Assembly: GCF_016592615.1 (NCBI RefSeq)
Contig: NZ_AP013043.1
Location: 450,001-482,000, forward strand
Direction of reading: 5' to 3'
Source: Isorropodon fossajaponicum endosymbiont JTNG4
GTDB lineage: Bacteria; Pseudomonadota; Gammaproteobacteria; PS1; Pseudothioglobaceae
Length of the DNA stretch: 32,000 nucleotides
This document shows positions 12,383 to 21,269 of this stretch, one piece after another (within the stretch, counting starts at the first letter, position 1; each line of letters opens with the position of its first letter). A program made the translations under genes and the position numbers. Under the pieces are notes generated by a model. The model saw only the letters and a list, made by a program, of their open reading frames with translations, was not told the DNA's origin and made no database searches.

Positions 12383-13000
12383 TTAATTAAGATCGCTTAA
12401 TTTAATTTTAATCAAATTTTGCAATCCAGAATTTTTAGAAATTTGACTTAGGGCTAATTCATAATGTTTTTTAGCATTGTCAGTTTGCTTGTCAGCCAAA
12501 TAAATATCCCCTTTAAGTTGATTGTACAAGCCATCAAATGCACTATTAGGCGCAGTATTTAGCGTCTTAAGCGCTTGTTTGTAATGGCCTATTTCTAAAT
12601 GCAGGCTGGCTATTCTCATGTTGACAACTTTAGCAATAGAGACATTGCTTGTATCACTCAACGGAGTAAGGTATTCAAGTGCTTGCGTATAATTTTTATT
12701 AGCCACCGCATTTTTAGCTAGAATTAATGTTGCTTGGTCAAAATAGCCGCTACTTGCATGGTTGTTTTTTAGTTGTTCGTAGGCTTGTGTGTCGTTAGGA
12801 TTGGCGCTAAGTGTTAAGTAAATACTTCTCGCTTCAATCAATTGTGTGTGTTGATAATTTTTATAAGCATCAAAACCCCAAATGCCGCTTAAACCTAAGG
12901 TAATACCAACAACAATTTGTAGTGTATTTTCTTTGATCCAACGTTTAACTTGCTCAACCTGTTCTTCTTCAGTCTTACCTACTTCAATAAAATTTTTCAT
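12383..13000 (-). CDS. yfgM: YfgM-family (UPF0070) TPR-like membrane protein
   Basis: 205 aa with an N-terminal TM anchor plus TPR-like repeats. It sits in the conserved position directly downstream of hisS, overlapping it by 4 nt. Confidence 0.75.
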   Translation of the reverse strand: MKNFIEVGKTEEEQVEQVKRWIKENTLQIVVGITLGLSGIWGFDAYKNYQHTQLIEARSIYLTLSANPNDTQAYEQLKNNHASSGYFDQATLILAKNAVANKNYTQALEYLTPLSDTSNVSIAKVVNMRIASLHLEIGHYKQALKTLNTAPNSAFDGLYNQLKGDIYLADKQTDNAKKHYELALSQISKNSGLQNLIKIKLSDLN

Positions 13001-14268
13001 GTGTTTTCCTTAAAATATTTAATCGCTTCTTCTAAATCCATGGTTTGTTGTACTCCTTGGCCTTTTAGAGGTTTGATACTCACTTGATTGTTGTTTAATT
13101 CTTGCTCACCCAAGATTAATGCAAAATGCGCTTTGGCTTTATCTGCTTTTTTAAACTGACTTTTAAAACTACCCAAAGTGATGTCATTATAAAGGATTGC
13201 ATTAGGTAGTGCATCATGCAAAGTACTGGCTATTTGCATCGATTTAATCTGCGCTTTTTCACCTAATGCAACCAAATAAATAGACAAAGTAGTAGGCTCA
13301 ACTATCATTAGGTTTTGCGCTTCTAATAGCAACACCAAGCGCTCTAAACCAATCGCTAAACCAACTGCTGGTGTCGGTGTGCCACCCATTTTTTCAACCA
13401 AACCATCATACCGTCCACCGGCGCAAATCGTACCTTGTGCACCTAAATCAGTTGTCGTCCATTCAAATACAGTGCGGTTGTAATAATCTAATCCGCGAAC
13501 CAGGCGGGTATTAATTATATAAGCAATGTCTAAGGCACCTAAATAAGTCTTAAACTGCTCAAAGTGTTGTGCAGATTCTTCGTCTAAACAATCCATTAGC
13601 TTAGGTGCATCGCTAATTAAAGAGTGCATCGCTTTATTCTTACTATCTAAAATGCGCAAAGGATTGGTTTTTAATCGCCTTAAACTATCCTCATCAAGCT
13701 GGTCTTTATGCTGATTAAAATACACAACCAATACTTTTCTATAAGCAGCCCTAGCCTCACTAGAGCCTAAAGTGTTAATCTCTAATATAATATTTTTCAA
13801 ACCTAAAACTTGCCACAAAGCATGCGTCATTATCATAAGTTCAGCATCCGCCTTGGTATCATTTGCACCAAATACTTCAAGCCCCACTTGATGAAATTGA
13901 CGATAACGCCCCTTTTGCGGGCGTTCGTGCCGAAACATTACCCCTTGATAAAAAACTTTTTGAACCCCTTCTCTGGGCAAGTTATGCTCAATCATCATGC
14001 GCACACAACCCGCTGTGCCTTCAGGTCTTAAGCTTAATGACTCGCCGCTTGACTCTGTCCACGAATACATTTCCTTTTCAACAATATCCGTAGCCCCACC
14101 AATTGCACGACAAAAAGTATCCGTTTTCTCAACAATTGGCGTGCGAATATTTTGATAGCCATAACTAATAAACAAATTAAATATTGTCTTTTCTAACGAC
14201 AGCCAAAACGCAGAATCTTTGGGTAATAAGTCGTTCATGCCACGAATGGCCTGGATTTTTTTACTCAT
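12997..14268 (-). CDS. hisS: Histidine--tRNA ligase
   Basis: Class II motifs, including FRHERPQKGRYRQFHQ. The start was moved to the internal Met (MSKKIQAIRGMNDLLP), which matches the canonical HisS N-terminus. The track ORF extends to 14298. Confidence 0.93.
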   Translation of the reverse strand: MSKKIQAIRGMNDLLPKDSAFWLSLEKTIFNLFISYGYQNIRTPIVEKTDTFCRAIGGATDIVEKEMYSWTESSGESLSLRPEGTAGCVRMMIEHNLPREGVQKVFYQGVMFRHERPQKGRYRQFHQVGLEVFGANDTKADAELMIMTHALWQVLGLKNIILEINTLGSSEARAAYRKVLVVYFNQHKDQLDEDSLRRLKTNPLRILDSKNKAMHSLISDAPKLMDCLDEESAQHFEQFKTYLGALDIAYIINTRLVRGLDYYNRTVFEWTTTDLGAQGTICAGGRYDGLVEKMGGTPTPAVGLAIGLERLVLLLEAQNLMIVEPTTLSIYLVALGEKAQIKSMQIASTLHDALPNAILYNDITLGSFKSQFKKADKAKAHFALILGEQELNNNQVSIKPLKGQGVQQTMDLEEAIKYFKENT

Positions 14269-14401
14269 TTGTTGGTAAGTGTTAGGAGTTTTTAGCATTT
14301 TACCAATTTATATCTTATGGATTAGAAAAATAAAAAACAAAATGTGGTATTTATTTTTATGATAGAATTCCTTCAATTTCCTCAAACATCTAGGAGCATC
14401 C

Positions 14402-14837
14402 ATGCCCACTAACTACCGCTACCTATCCTTCGGTATCGCTGTTTTTGCTGCTGCTCTTATCATCTTCTCCCTTAACATCGACACTCAACCTAATAACAAC
14501 ACCTCATCTATATTTATCCAACCAACCCAAAAACCCTTTCAACAGCAACAACCTCATTAACACCGCCAATGACAGTGAATACAACCCCAATCTACCCCCA
14601 GGCTTTCCTAAACCTCTACCCCCACTAGACCAAGACCAACTCAAACAAACCGATGACTTAATTGCCCAAGGTGATGCCATCATTGCAGAAATAGACGCCC
14701 TAATCGTCACACTTGATCTACCCAAAATCAAACTAAGTAAAGCCGAACAAACCAAGCTAAACACCCAGCGCCAAAGCCAACAGACCCAATTAGCAGACAT
14801 CAGAGCTCAACTAGAAACCCTAAAGCAAGACCTATAG
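14402..14837 (+). pseudogene. Hypothetical membrane-anchored, Pro/Gln-rich coiled-coil protein, apparently frameshifted
   Basis: AGGAG (14391-14395) precedes ATG 14402, giving MPTNYRYLSFGIAVFAAALIIFSLN (TM helix), which stops at about 14560. An overlapping frame (track ORF 14445-14837) continues with a Pro-rich then coiled-coil sequence. The region is C-rich and unlike its flanks. Confidence 0.35.
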
Positions 14838-14847
14838 GAAATTAACA

Positions 14848-15123
14848 ATGCAAGCATTACTCACCCAATCCATCAGCCTAATCACTTCAACTCTATTAGT
14901 CTTCCTACTGGGTATATCTACCCAAGCAAGCGCAACCACAACTACAAACATTGATACCACCAACCCTAGTTGGCAGCACCGCAGGAGCTTTAAGCGTTAA
15001 CCAAGGTGCAGCAAACTACACCATCCCCATCACTGTCCCACCCGGTGTTGCAGGCATGCAACCCGAACTTAGTATTAACTACAACTCAAACGCTGGCAAC
15101 GGTATTCTAGGCATGGGCTTTAA
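14848..15123 (+). pseudogene. N-terminal fragment of an SpvB/TcB-type (Tc-toxin or Rhs/YD-associated) secreted toxin, frameshifted and truncated by the IS
   Basis: AGGAA RBS, then MQALLTQSISLITSTLLVFLLGISTQASA (signal peptide). After a frame change (14934-14966) comes GSTAGALSVNQGAANYTIPITVPPGVAGMQPELSINYNSNAGNGILGMGF, the hallmark N-terminal motif of SpvB-domain toxins. The sequence ends at the IS left end (15124). Confidence 0.7.
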
Positions 15124-15150
15124 TGCAATGCTCTAACCTACTTGGACACA
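15124..15150. repeat. IS left terminal inverted repeat
   Basis: These 27 nt are identical to the terminal 27 nt of the second copy at 31501-31527. Confidence 0.85.
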
Positions 15151-15188
15151 AAGATAGCCTTATAATACAAACCATAAGGAGGTCAGTA

Positions 15189-15540
15189 ATGACACAATAT
15201 AAATCAAGAAAACAACGAGTGACTTTTACCGTTGAACATTCTGTTCAATACCCCCTTGAGGGGGAAACACTAGATTATGCCAAACTCATGGTGCATGAGA
15301 ATTACACCAATAAAAAAAATCATGATAATATCAGGAGCTTGCTCCTCAGCAGTTAGCAGATGGAGAAAACAATACCTAGCAGAGCTTGGTGGACAAACAC
15401 CAGAGTCAGGCAAAGCGCTGACTTCTGAACAACAAACAATACAACTGCTTGAGAAACAACTTTGGCGCGCACAAAGGGACAATGAAATCTTAAAAAAGGC
15501 AACAGCCTTGTTCGCTGTGGACAATCACCAAGTGATATGA
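15189..15540 (+). pseudogene. IS3 transposase OrfA (HTH), frameshifted
   Basis: TATAAT (15161-15166) and AAGGAGG (15176-15182) precede ATG 15189. MTQYKSRKQRVTFT... runs to a stop at 15354. Homology (KKIMIISGACSSAVSRWRKQY...RDNEILKKATALFA) continues in the +1 frame. The switch fits one extra A in the A8 run at 15312-15319. Confidence 0.8.
15492..15498 (+). promoter_or_regulatory. Programmed -1 ribosomal frameshift heptamer A AAA AAG (orfA to orfB)
   Basis: The heptamer is in the X XXY YYZ phase of orfA. The -1 frame is the orfB frame (both frame 0 mod 3). Confidence 0.7.
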
Positions 15541-16394
15541 TTATCAAGATAAACAAGGCTTGCCAACAATACAATACTAAAGAATTATGAGCATTACTCA
15601 AACTTCCTCGCAGTAGTTATTACTATCAAGTCAAAGATAAGCGAGTAAACAACAACACCAACGCTATGATTAAATTAATCAAACAAACTGCTATTGAAGT
15701 TGGATACACCTATGGCAAACGCAGAATGCGAGTAGTTTTGAATAACCAAGGTTATAACATTGGTATTTACCAAACTGCAACGCTAATGAAAAAAGCCAAT
15801 GTAGTTGCCATACGCCCAAGAAAGCGTCATTATTACCCTAATACTAGATTGATGTTTAAAAAGGCAAAAAACCTATTAAATCGTGTGTTTGAGCAGCAAT
15901 CAATTAATACGCATTGGGTTGGTGATATTACCTATATCAAAACCTATCAAGGTGGGAGTTATTTAGCCAGTGTGTTGGATTTAGGCTCAAGACAAGTTGT
16001 TGGTTGGGCATTGTCAAAACAGCCTAATGCTCAGTTGGCAAAGGATGCGCTTAGTAATGCTGTGTCTAGACACCAGCCCAATACAAATAAACACATGTTC
16101 CACTCTGATCAAGGGACTCAATACTCTTCTAAAGTTTTTATTGATTATTGCAACAAGAACAACATTACTCAAAGCATGAGCAGGCGAGGTAATTGTTGGG
16201 ATAATGCGGTCATGGAGCGTTTCTTTAGAAGTCTGAAGACTGAGAGATTAAATTATCAAAGTTTTGCAAATCATAGTGAAGTCGTGCAAAATGTAGAGGG
16301 TTATATCTACTTGTATAATTACAAAAGGATTCATTCAGCGATTGGGTATTTAACACCTGCTCAAAAGATGGCTGAATTGAAAAAAGCGGCTTGA
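15498..16394 (+). pseudogene. IS3 transposase OrfB (DDE integrase domain) with a premature TGA
   Basis: The orfB frame reads ...MIIKINKACQQYNTKEL*ALLKLPRSSYYYQ. TGA at 15588-15590 sits where family members usually have Cys. The long ORF 15666-16394 (242 aa) carries the catalytic core. Confidence 0.8.
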
Positions 16395-16396
16395 AA

Positions 16397-16423
16397 TGTG
16401 TCCAAGTAGGTTAGGCCGTTACA
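16397..16423. repeat. IS right terminal inverted repeat, with the outer 9 nt diverged
   Basis: 16397-16414 is the exact reverse complement of 15133-15150. The outermost 9 nt (GCCGTTACA) match the expected AGCATTGCA at only 5 of 9 positions. Confidence 0.6.
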
Positions 16424-16541
16424 CTAAATCCAAGTTGATTGGTTAAAAGTGGTAATATTTGAGTGATAATTTATTCTTTATTTGGGTTTGTGCGTTAAAA
16501 TAAATCGCTAAAATTTTAAACATTATATGACGAGGAAAACT

Positions 16542-17795
16542 ATGTTCGATAAATCTCAAACGTTAGCTAAAGTAGATACTGAAATTCATCAGGCGATTGC
16601 ACTAGAAGAGGCTCGCCAAGAGGCGCATATTGAGTTAATTGCCAGTGAAAACTACACCTCACCTGCAGTGATGGAGGCGCAAGGCTCGCAATTGACGAAT
16701 AAGTATGCTGAGGGCTATCCTAAAAAGCGTTATTACGGTGGATGCGAGCATGTTGACACAGTTGAACAATTAGCGATTAACCGTGCTAAGGCATTATTTG
16801 GTGCGGATTATGCGAATGTTCAGCCACATTCTGGTTCTCAGGCGAATGCTGCAGTTTTTCAGGCATTGTTAGTGCCCGGAGATACAATTTTAGGCATGAG
16901 TTTGGCACATGGCGGGCATTTGACGCATGGTGCTGCGCCTTCGTTTTCGGGTAAAAACTTTAATGCCATTCAGTATGGCTTGAATGAAAAAACGGGTGAA
17001 ATTGATTATGAGCAAGTTGAGGCTTTAGCAAAAGAGCATAAGCCTAAAATGATTATTGCTGGTTTTTCGGCGTATTCACGTGTGGTTGATTGGCAGCGTT
17101 TTAGAGAAATTGCAGATGCTGTTAGCGCTTATTTAATGGTTGATATGGCGCATGTTGCAGGTTTGATAGCAACGGGTGAGTATCCATCGCCAGTGGCAAT
17201 TGCAGATGTAACCACAACAACCACGCATAAAACACTTCGCGGTCCTCGTGGCGGTTTAATTTTGGCTAAGGCTAATGAGGTAATTGAGAAGAAACTTAAT
17301 TCTGCTATTTTCCCTGGTATTCAAGGTGGACCACTGATGCATATTATTGCTGCTAAGGCGGTGAGTTTTAAAGAGGCAATGAGTGATGAATATAAGGCTT
17401 ATCAAAAGCAAGTAAAGATTAATGCACAAGTGATGGCCAATACATTTATTAAGCGTGGGTTTGATGTGGTGTCAGGTGGTACGGATGACCATTTATTTTT
17501 AGTAAGTTTTATTGACCAAGGATTAACAGGTAAAGCAGTAGATACTGCCTTAGGTAGTGCATATATTACAGTTAATATGAATGCCGTGCCAAATGACCCA
17601 CAATCCCCTTTTGTAACCAGTGGTATTCGCGTGGGCACGCCAGCAGTGACAACGCGTGGTTTTAATGAAAATGATTGTGCCGATTTAGCTACGTGGATGT
17701 GTGATATTTGTGATGATTTAGAGAATGAGGCTGTGATTGACAAGGTTAGAGAAAAAGTCACTAGCCTTTGTGCTAAGCACCCAGTTTATAACTAG
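16542..17795 (+). CDS. glyA: Serine hydroxymethyltransferase
   Basis: [18 protein letters not shown] and the PLP-lysine motif [19 protein letters not shown] (16532-16536) favours ATG 16542 over the track start at 16527. Confidence 0.95.
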   Translation: MFDKSQTLAKVDTEIHQAIALEEARQEAHIELIASENYTSPAVMEAQGSQLTNKYAEGYPKKRYYGGCEHVDTVEQLAINRAKALFGADYANVQPHSGSQANAAVFQALLVPGDTILGMSLAHGGHLTHGAAPSFSGKNFNAIQYGLNEKTGEIDYEQVEALAKEHKPKMIIAGFSAYSRVVDWQRFREIADAVSAYLMVDMAHVAGLIATGEYPSPVAIADVTTTTTHKTLRGPRGGLILAKANEVIEKKLNSAIFPGIQGGPLMHIIAAKAVSFKEAMSDEYKAYQKQVKINAQVMANTFIKRGFDVVSGGTDDHLFLVSFIDQGLTGKAVDTALGSAYITVNMNAVPNDPQSPFVTSGIRVGTPAVTTRGFNENDCADLATWMCDICDDLENEAVIDKVREKVTSLCAKHPVYN

Positions 17796-17806
17796 ATTAA
17801 GCCTAT

Positions 17807-18147
17807 ATGCGTTGTCCATTTTGCCAATCTGATGATACTTAAAGTATTAGACACACGTTTGATTGATGATGGCTCTCAAGTACGTCGTCGTCGTGAGTGC
17901 ACTTCTTGTGGTGAACGTTATTCAACGCGTGAAACGGTTGATCTTAACCTACCACGCTTGATTAAAAGTGATGACTCTAGGGAGGCTTTTGATGAAGATA
18001 AACTGCGCTCTGGTTTGTTGAAAGCCTTAGAAAAACGCCCCGTTTAAACCTCGCAAATTGAAACCTCTATTGCGAGCATTGAGCGTAAATTAATGAGCCA
18101 AGCTGATCGTGAAAAGTGCCTTGTACTAAGATTGGCGAGTGGGTGTA
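17807..18147 (+). pseudogene. nrdR: Transcriptional repressor NrdR, heavily degraded
   Basis: [11 protein letters not shown] stops at 17840. Homology resumes one frame over ([31 protein letters not shown]...LEKRPV), consistent with an extra T at 17839/17840. An in-frame TAA lies at 18045-18047, followed by TSQIETSIASIERKLMSQADRE. There is another frame change near 18105-18115 (VPCTKIGEWV*). The rest of the ATP-cone is absent. Confidence 0.85.
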
Positions 18148-18209
18148 GGTTATCAATTAATGGCACAATAAATTTATCAATTGTTGCTTGACAAAGGTGC
18201 GTTAGAATA

Positions 18210-19571
18210 ATGGCAAAAACAAAAGTTGAATTTGTCTGTCGTGAATGCGGTTCTTCGCATCATCAATGGGCAGGGCAGTGCTTAGATTGTAAATCTTGGA
18301 ATACGCTAGAAGAGATTGTGTTGTTGCAAACTGCGCCATCAAAATCTACAATTTTGCAAGACCTTCCTGCCTCTAAAGTTCAAAATTTATCTGATATCAA
18401 ATCAGAAAATAAGGTTAGACTTTCAACGGGGCTAAGTGAGCTTGACCGTACTTTGGGTGGTGGCTTGGTTGATGGCTCGGTGGTGTTGATTGGTGGTGAC
18501 CCTGGTATTGGCAAATCAACTTTGATTTTGCAAGCGGTTGCTAAAATTAATCAAAAGCACACAACTTTGTATGTGAGTGGCGAGGAATCGGCTGACCAAA
18601 TCAGCGACAGGGCGTTGCGCCTTGGTATTAAAGAGGACATTCTTTTGCTGAGTGAAACGCATTTGGAAAAAATCATCACACTTGCTAAAGCAGTACAACC
18701 CAAAGTTATTGTCATTGATTCTATTCAAACCATGGTAACAGATGGCTCTACTTCGGTACCAGGCTCGGTAACACAAGTGCGTGATTGTGCTGCACAACTG
18801 ACTCAATTCGCCAAGCAAACCAATACCATTCTTTTAATGATTGGCCATGTTACTAAAGATGGTGTGTTAGCAGGTCCAAGAATTCTTGAGCATATGGTAG
18901 ACACGGTGCTTTATTTTGAAGGGGATGCAGGTGGGCGTTACCGTATTATCCGTGCGGTAAAAAACCGTTTTGGTGCAGTGAATGAAATTAGTATTTTTGT
19001 GATGAGCGAGGCAGGCTTACAACAGGTTGAGAATCCATCAGCAATATTTTTATCAAACTCAGCCAAGCCTTCACCAGGCTCTATGGTGATGGTAACACGT
19101 GAGGCAACTCGACCACTGATGATTGAAATACAAGCATTGGTAGATACTGCCAGTGGCAATTCTAAGCGTGTATGTGTTGGTTTGGATCAAAATCGTTTGG
19201 CTTTGCAACTTGCAGTACTACATAAGCATGGTGGCATTGCAACTCACGATCAAGATGTATTTGTTAATGTGGTTGGTGGTATTAAGATGAATGAGACTGC
19301 CTCAGATTTGGTGGTCATGTTGGCAATTATGTCTAGCTTGCGGGATAAGGTTATTCCCAAAGATTGGGTTGCTTTTGGTGAGGTGGGTTTAACGGGCGAA
19401 GTGCGTCCAGTTTATAACGGCATTGAGCGTTTGTCAGAAGCGCAAAAACATGGCTTTAAAGTAGCGATTATACCCAAGGGGAATGCGCCTAAAAAAATAC
19501 TTAAAGGGCTAAAAATTGTGCCGGTAGAATACTTGCATCAAGCTTTACAGTTTATGATTGAAAACACCTAA
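18210..19571 (+). CDS. radA: DNA repair protein RadA (Sms)
   Basis: 453 aa with zinc finger CRECG...CLDC, Walker A GGDPGIGKST, the KNRFG motif and a Lon-like C-terminal domain. Confidence 0.95.
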   Translation: MAKTKVEFVCRECGSSHHQWAGQCLDCKSWNTLEEIVLLQTAPSKSTILQDLPASKVQNLSDIKSENKVRLSTGLSELDRTLGGGLVDGSVVLIGGDPGIGKSTLILQAVAKINQKHTTLYVSGEESADQISDRALRLGIKEDILLLSETHLEKIITLAKAVQPKVIVIDSIQTMVTDGSTSVPGSVTQVRDCAAQLTQFAKQTNTILLMIGHVTKDGVLAGPRILEHMVDTVLYFEGDAGGRYRIIRAVKNRFGAVNEISIFVMSEAGLQQVENPSAIFLSNSAKPSPGSMVMVTREATRPLMIEIQALVDTASGNSKRVCVGLDQNRLALQLAVLHKHGGIATHDQDVFVNVVGGIKMNETASDLVVMLAIMSSLRDKVIPKDWVAFGEVGLTGEVRPVYNGIERLSEAQKHGFKVAIIPKGNAPKKILKGLKIVPVEYLHQALQFMIENT

Positions 19572-19597
19572 GATTTCAATCTAGGTAAGCTTTATGA

Positions 19598-20736
19598 TTA
19601 GAGGTCTATGTCTTTTTGGGCTTTAATATTTGCCCTAAAAGCGTGTTTAATGTCTTTAACTTCACTTACTGTGTCAGCAAGTTTGACTAAATTTTAGCTA
19701 GCCGCTCTACCTGTGATAATCACATGTTGATTTTTTGGGCGATCGGCTAAAACGTCAAGAATTTTTTGCTCATCAAGATATTTATAATTAATCATGTAAG
19801 TAAGTTCATCTAAAACCACCAAGTCAATGGATTGATTGGTTAGATATTTTCCAGCTTCAGACCAAGTTTTAACAGCTATTTTAGTGTCAAATGCTTTGTC
19901 TTGAGTGTCCCAAGTAAAACCTGTTTTCATCAGTGCGGTTTGTACGTTGGGTTGTTTGGCTAGAAATATATCTTCGCCTGTGTCTTGCGTGCCTTTTAAA
20001 AACTTGGCAATGCCAATGTTCATTCCATAACCCAGTGCACGGCAAATCATGCCCAGTGCAGATGATGATTTGCCTTTGCCCAGACAGGGTGCGCGACCAG
20101 AGGTATCAGTAATGGTGCTAGAAATCATGATTGGTAATTCGACATTGTCGTCTTCAAAGACTTGTTCAACCGCAAAGATAGCAGCTTTGGCGTTGAGTGT
20201 ATCAAAGATGGTTTCAATCAGAATAATATCCGCACCACCTTTAATCAAGCCACGAGTAGATTCTATATAAACATCAACCAACTCATCAAAGGTGACGTTT
20301 CTAAACCCAGGGTCGTTGACATCTGGCGAGAGTGAACAAGTGCGTGAAGTTGGACCAATAACACCAGCAACAAATCTTGGCTTTTCAGCACTTGAAAATT
20401 CATCTGCTACTTGGTATGCAATTTCGGCACTTTCAAGGTTAATTTCATAGGCCAATGCTTCCATTTTGTAATCAGACATGGAAGTACGCGTTGCATTAAA
20501 AGTATTGGTTTCAATAATATCAGCACCTACTTTTAAGTAGTCTTTGTGAATGTCTTTAATAATTTGAGGCTGAGTCAGTGAGAGTAAATCGTTGTTACCT
20601 TGAACCAAAACATACCAATCTTTAAAACGCTCGCCACGATAGTCTTGCTCGGTTAATTTATGCTTTTGAATCAAGCACCATCAAGTACTAAAATTCGCTG
20701 CTCTAAAAGGGATTGTAATATTTGTTTTGTATTCAT
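19598..20736 (-). pseudogene. Chimeric remnant: the N-terminal Hcy-methyltransferase domain of methionine synthase MetH fused in frame to the C-terminal part of corrinoid adenosyltransferase CobO/BtuR
   Basis: ATG at 20736 gives [21 protein letters not shown], then a frame break. ORF 20674-19694 reads [20 protein letters not shown]...[11 protein letters not shown]...[15 protein letters not shown] (MetH) and runs directly into [31 protein letters not shown]...GFTWDTQ...[11 protein letters not shown]...HVIITGR (CobO P-loop region). TAA at 19694-19696 is followed in frame by NLVKLADTVSEVKDIKHAFRANIKAQKDIDL*, the CobO C-terminus. Confidence 0.85.
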
Positions 20737-20782
20737 GGTTGGCATTATACAAGTATATAATAAGTTCTAAATTGTAAGGGGT

Positions 20783-21184
20783 GTGGTGAAAAAGATATTA
20801 TTACTTGGATTGCTAATTACAAGTTTAAATGCAACTGCATTTTTAGACTTTAACAGTTATGGCTCTGGTTATAAGAATAACGATTGGCCAGTTTGGACAC
20901 CCATGTACTGGATGGAAAGGGTGGATAATAACAGCGCTCGTTATAATTACCCTTATCCCTATAACAATCAAGCATTTAATACCAATGCCTCACGCTTTAA
21001 TATGAATCAAATGCCAACCCCTAATCAGGCATATCAAGCAGAAAATAATACCACGCCTTTGATGTATGAAACGCCCGCAGCCATGTCGTTTGCTAACCCT
21101 AATCATGCACCAATCATAAATAACCTTGGGTCGTCAAAGTCTTATGCTGACTATCGATATTCACGTAATCCTCGCTCTTTTTAA
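20783..21184 (+). CDS. Small secreted Asn/Tyr/Pro-rich low-complexity protein (paralogue 1 of 3)
   Basis: 133 aa with a GTG start after AAGGGG. Signal peptide MVKKILLLGLLITSLNATA|F. The mature part is rich in N, Y, P, W and M. Confidence 0.6.
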   Translation: MVKKILLLGLLITSLNATAFLDFNSYGSGYKNNDWPVWTPMYWMERVDNNSARYNYPYPYNNQAFNTNASRFNMNQMPTPNQAYQAENNTTPLMYETPAAMSFANPNHAPIINNLGSSKSYADYRYSRNPRSF

Positions 21185-21209
21185 ATATTAGCTTTGCTTA
21201 AAGACCAAT

Positions 21210-21237
21210 TTGCATAAATATATCATTATGTTATAAT
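21210..21237 (+). promoter_or_regulatory. Sigma70 promoter for the second small secreted protein gene
   Basis: TTGCAT (21210-21215), a 16-nt spacer ending in TGT (extended -10), then TATAAT (21232-21237). Confidence 0.5.
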
Positions 21238-21269
21238 ATAAATTGAATTAAATAAATGGAGATATGATA

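Larger units (their letters stand above)
15124..16423 (+). mobile_element. IS3-family insertion sequence (about 1.3 kb), defective copy
   Basis: TG...CA termini. IRL is TGCAATGCTCTAACCTACTTGGACACA. The orfA/orfB arrangement has an in-phase A AAA AAG slippery heptamer. OrfB has a DDE-type core (WVGDITYI...VLDLGSRQVVGW...HSDQGTQYSS...NCWDNAVMERFF). A second copy lies at 31501 onward. Confidence 0.9.

Noticed and set aside
14269-14298. 10-codon N-terminal extension of hisS (MLKTPNTYQQ)
   Set aside because: The canonical HisS N-terminus (M-x-K-x-IQAIRGMND) begins at the internal Met at 14268, so the extension is probably not translated.
15121-16427. Target-site duplication flanking the IS (TAA on the left, CTA/TAA-like on the right)
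   Set aside because: The flanks only match if the right boundary is shifted by 1 nt, and the DNA after the IS does not continue the toxin reading frame. I treat this as no reliable TSD.
18188-18207. TTGACA followed by TAGAAT upstream of radA as a promoter
   Set aside because: The spacer is only 8 nt and the -10 would sit 3 nt from the ATG, which is not a plausible sigma70 promoter geometry.
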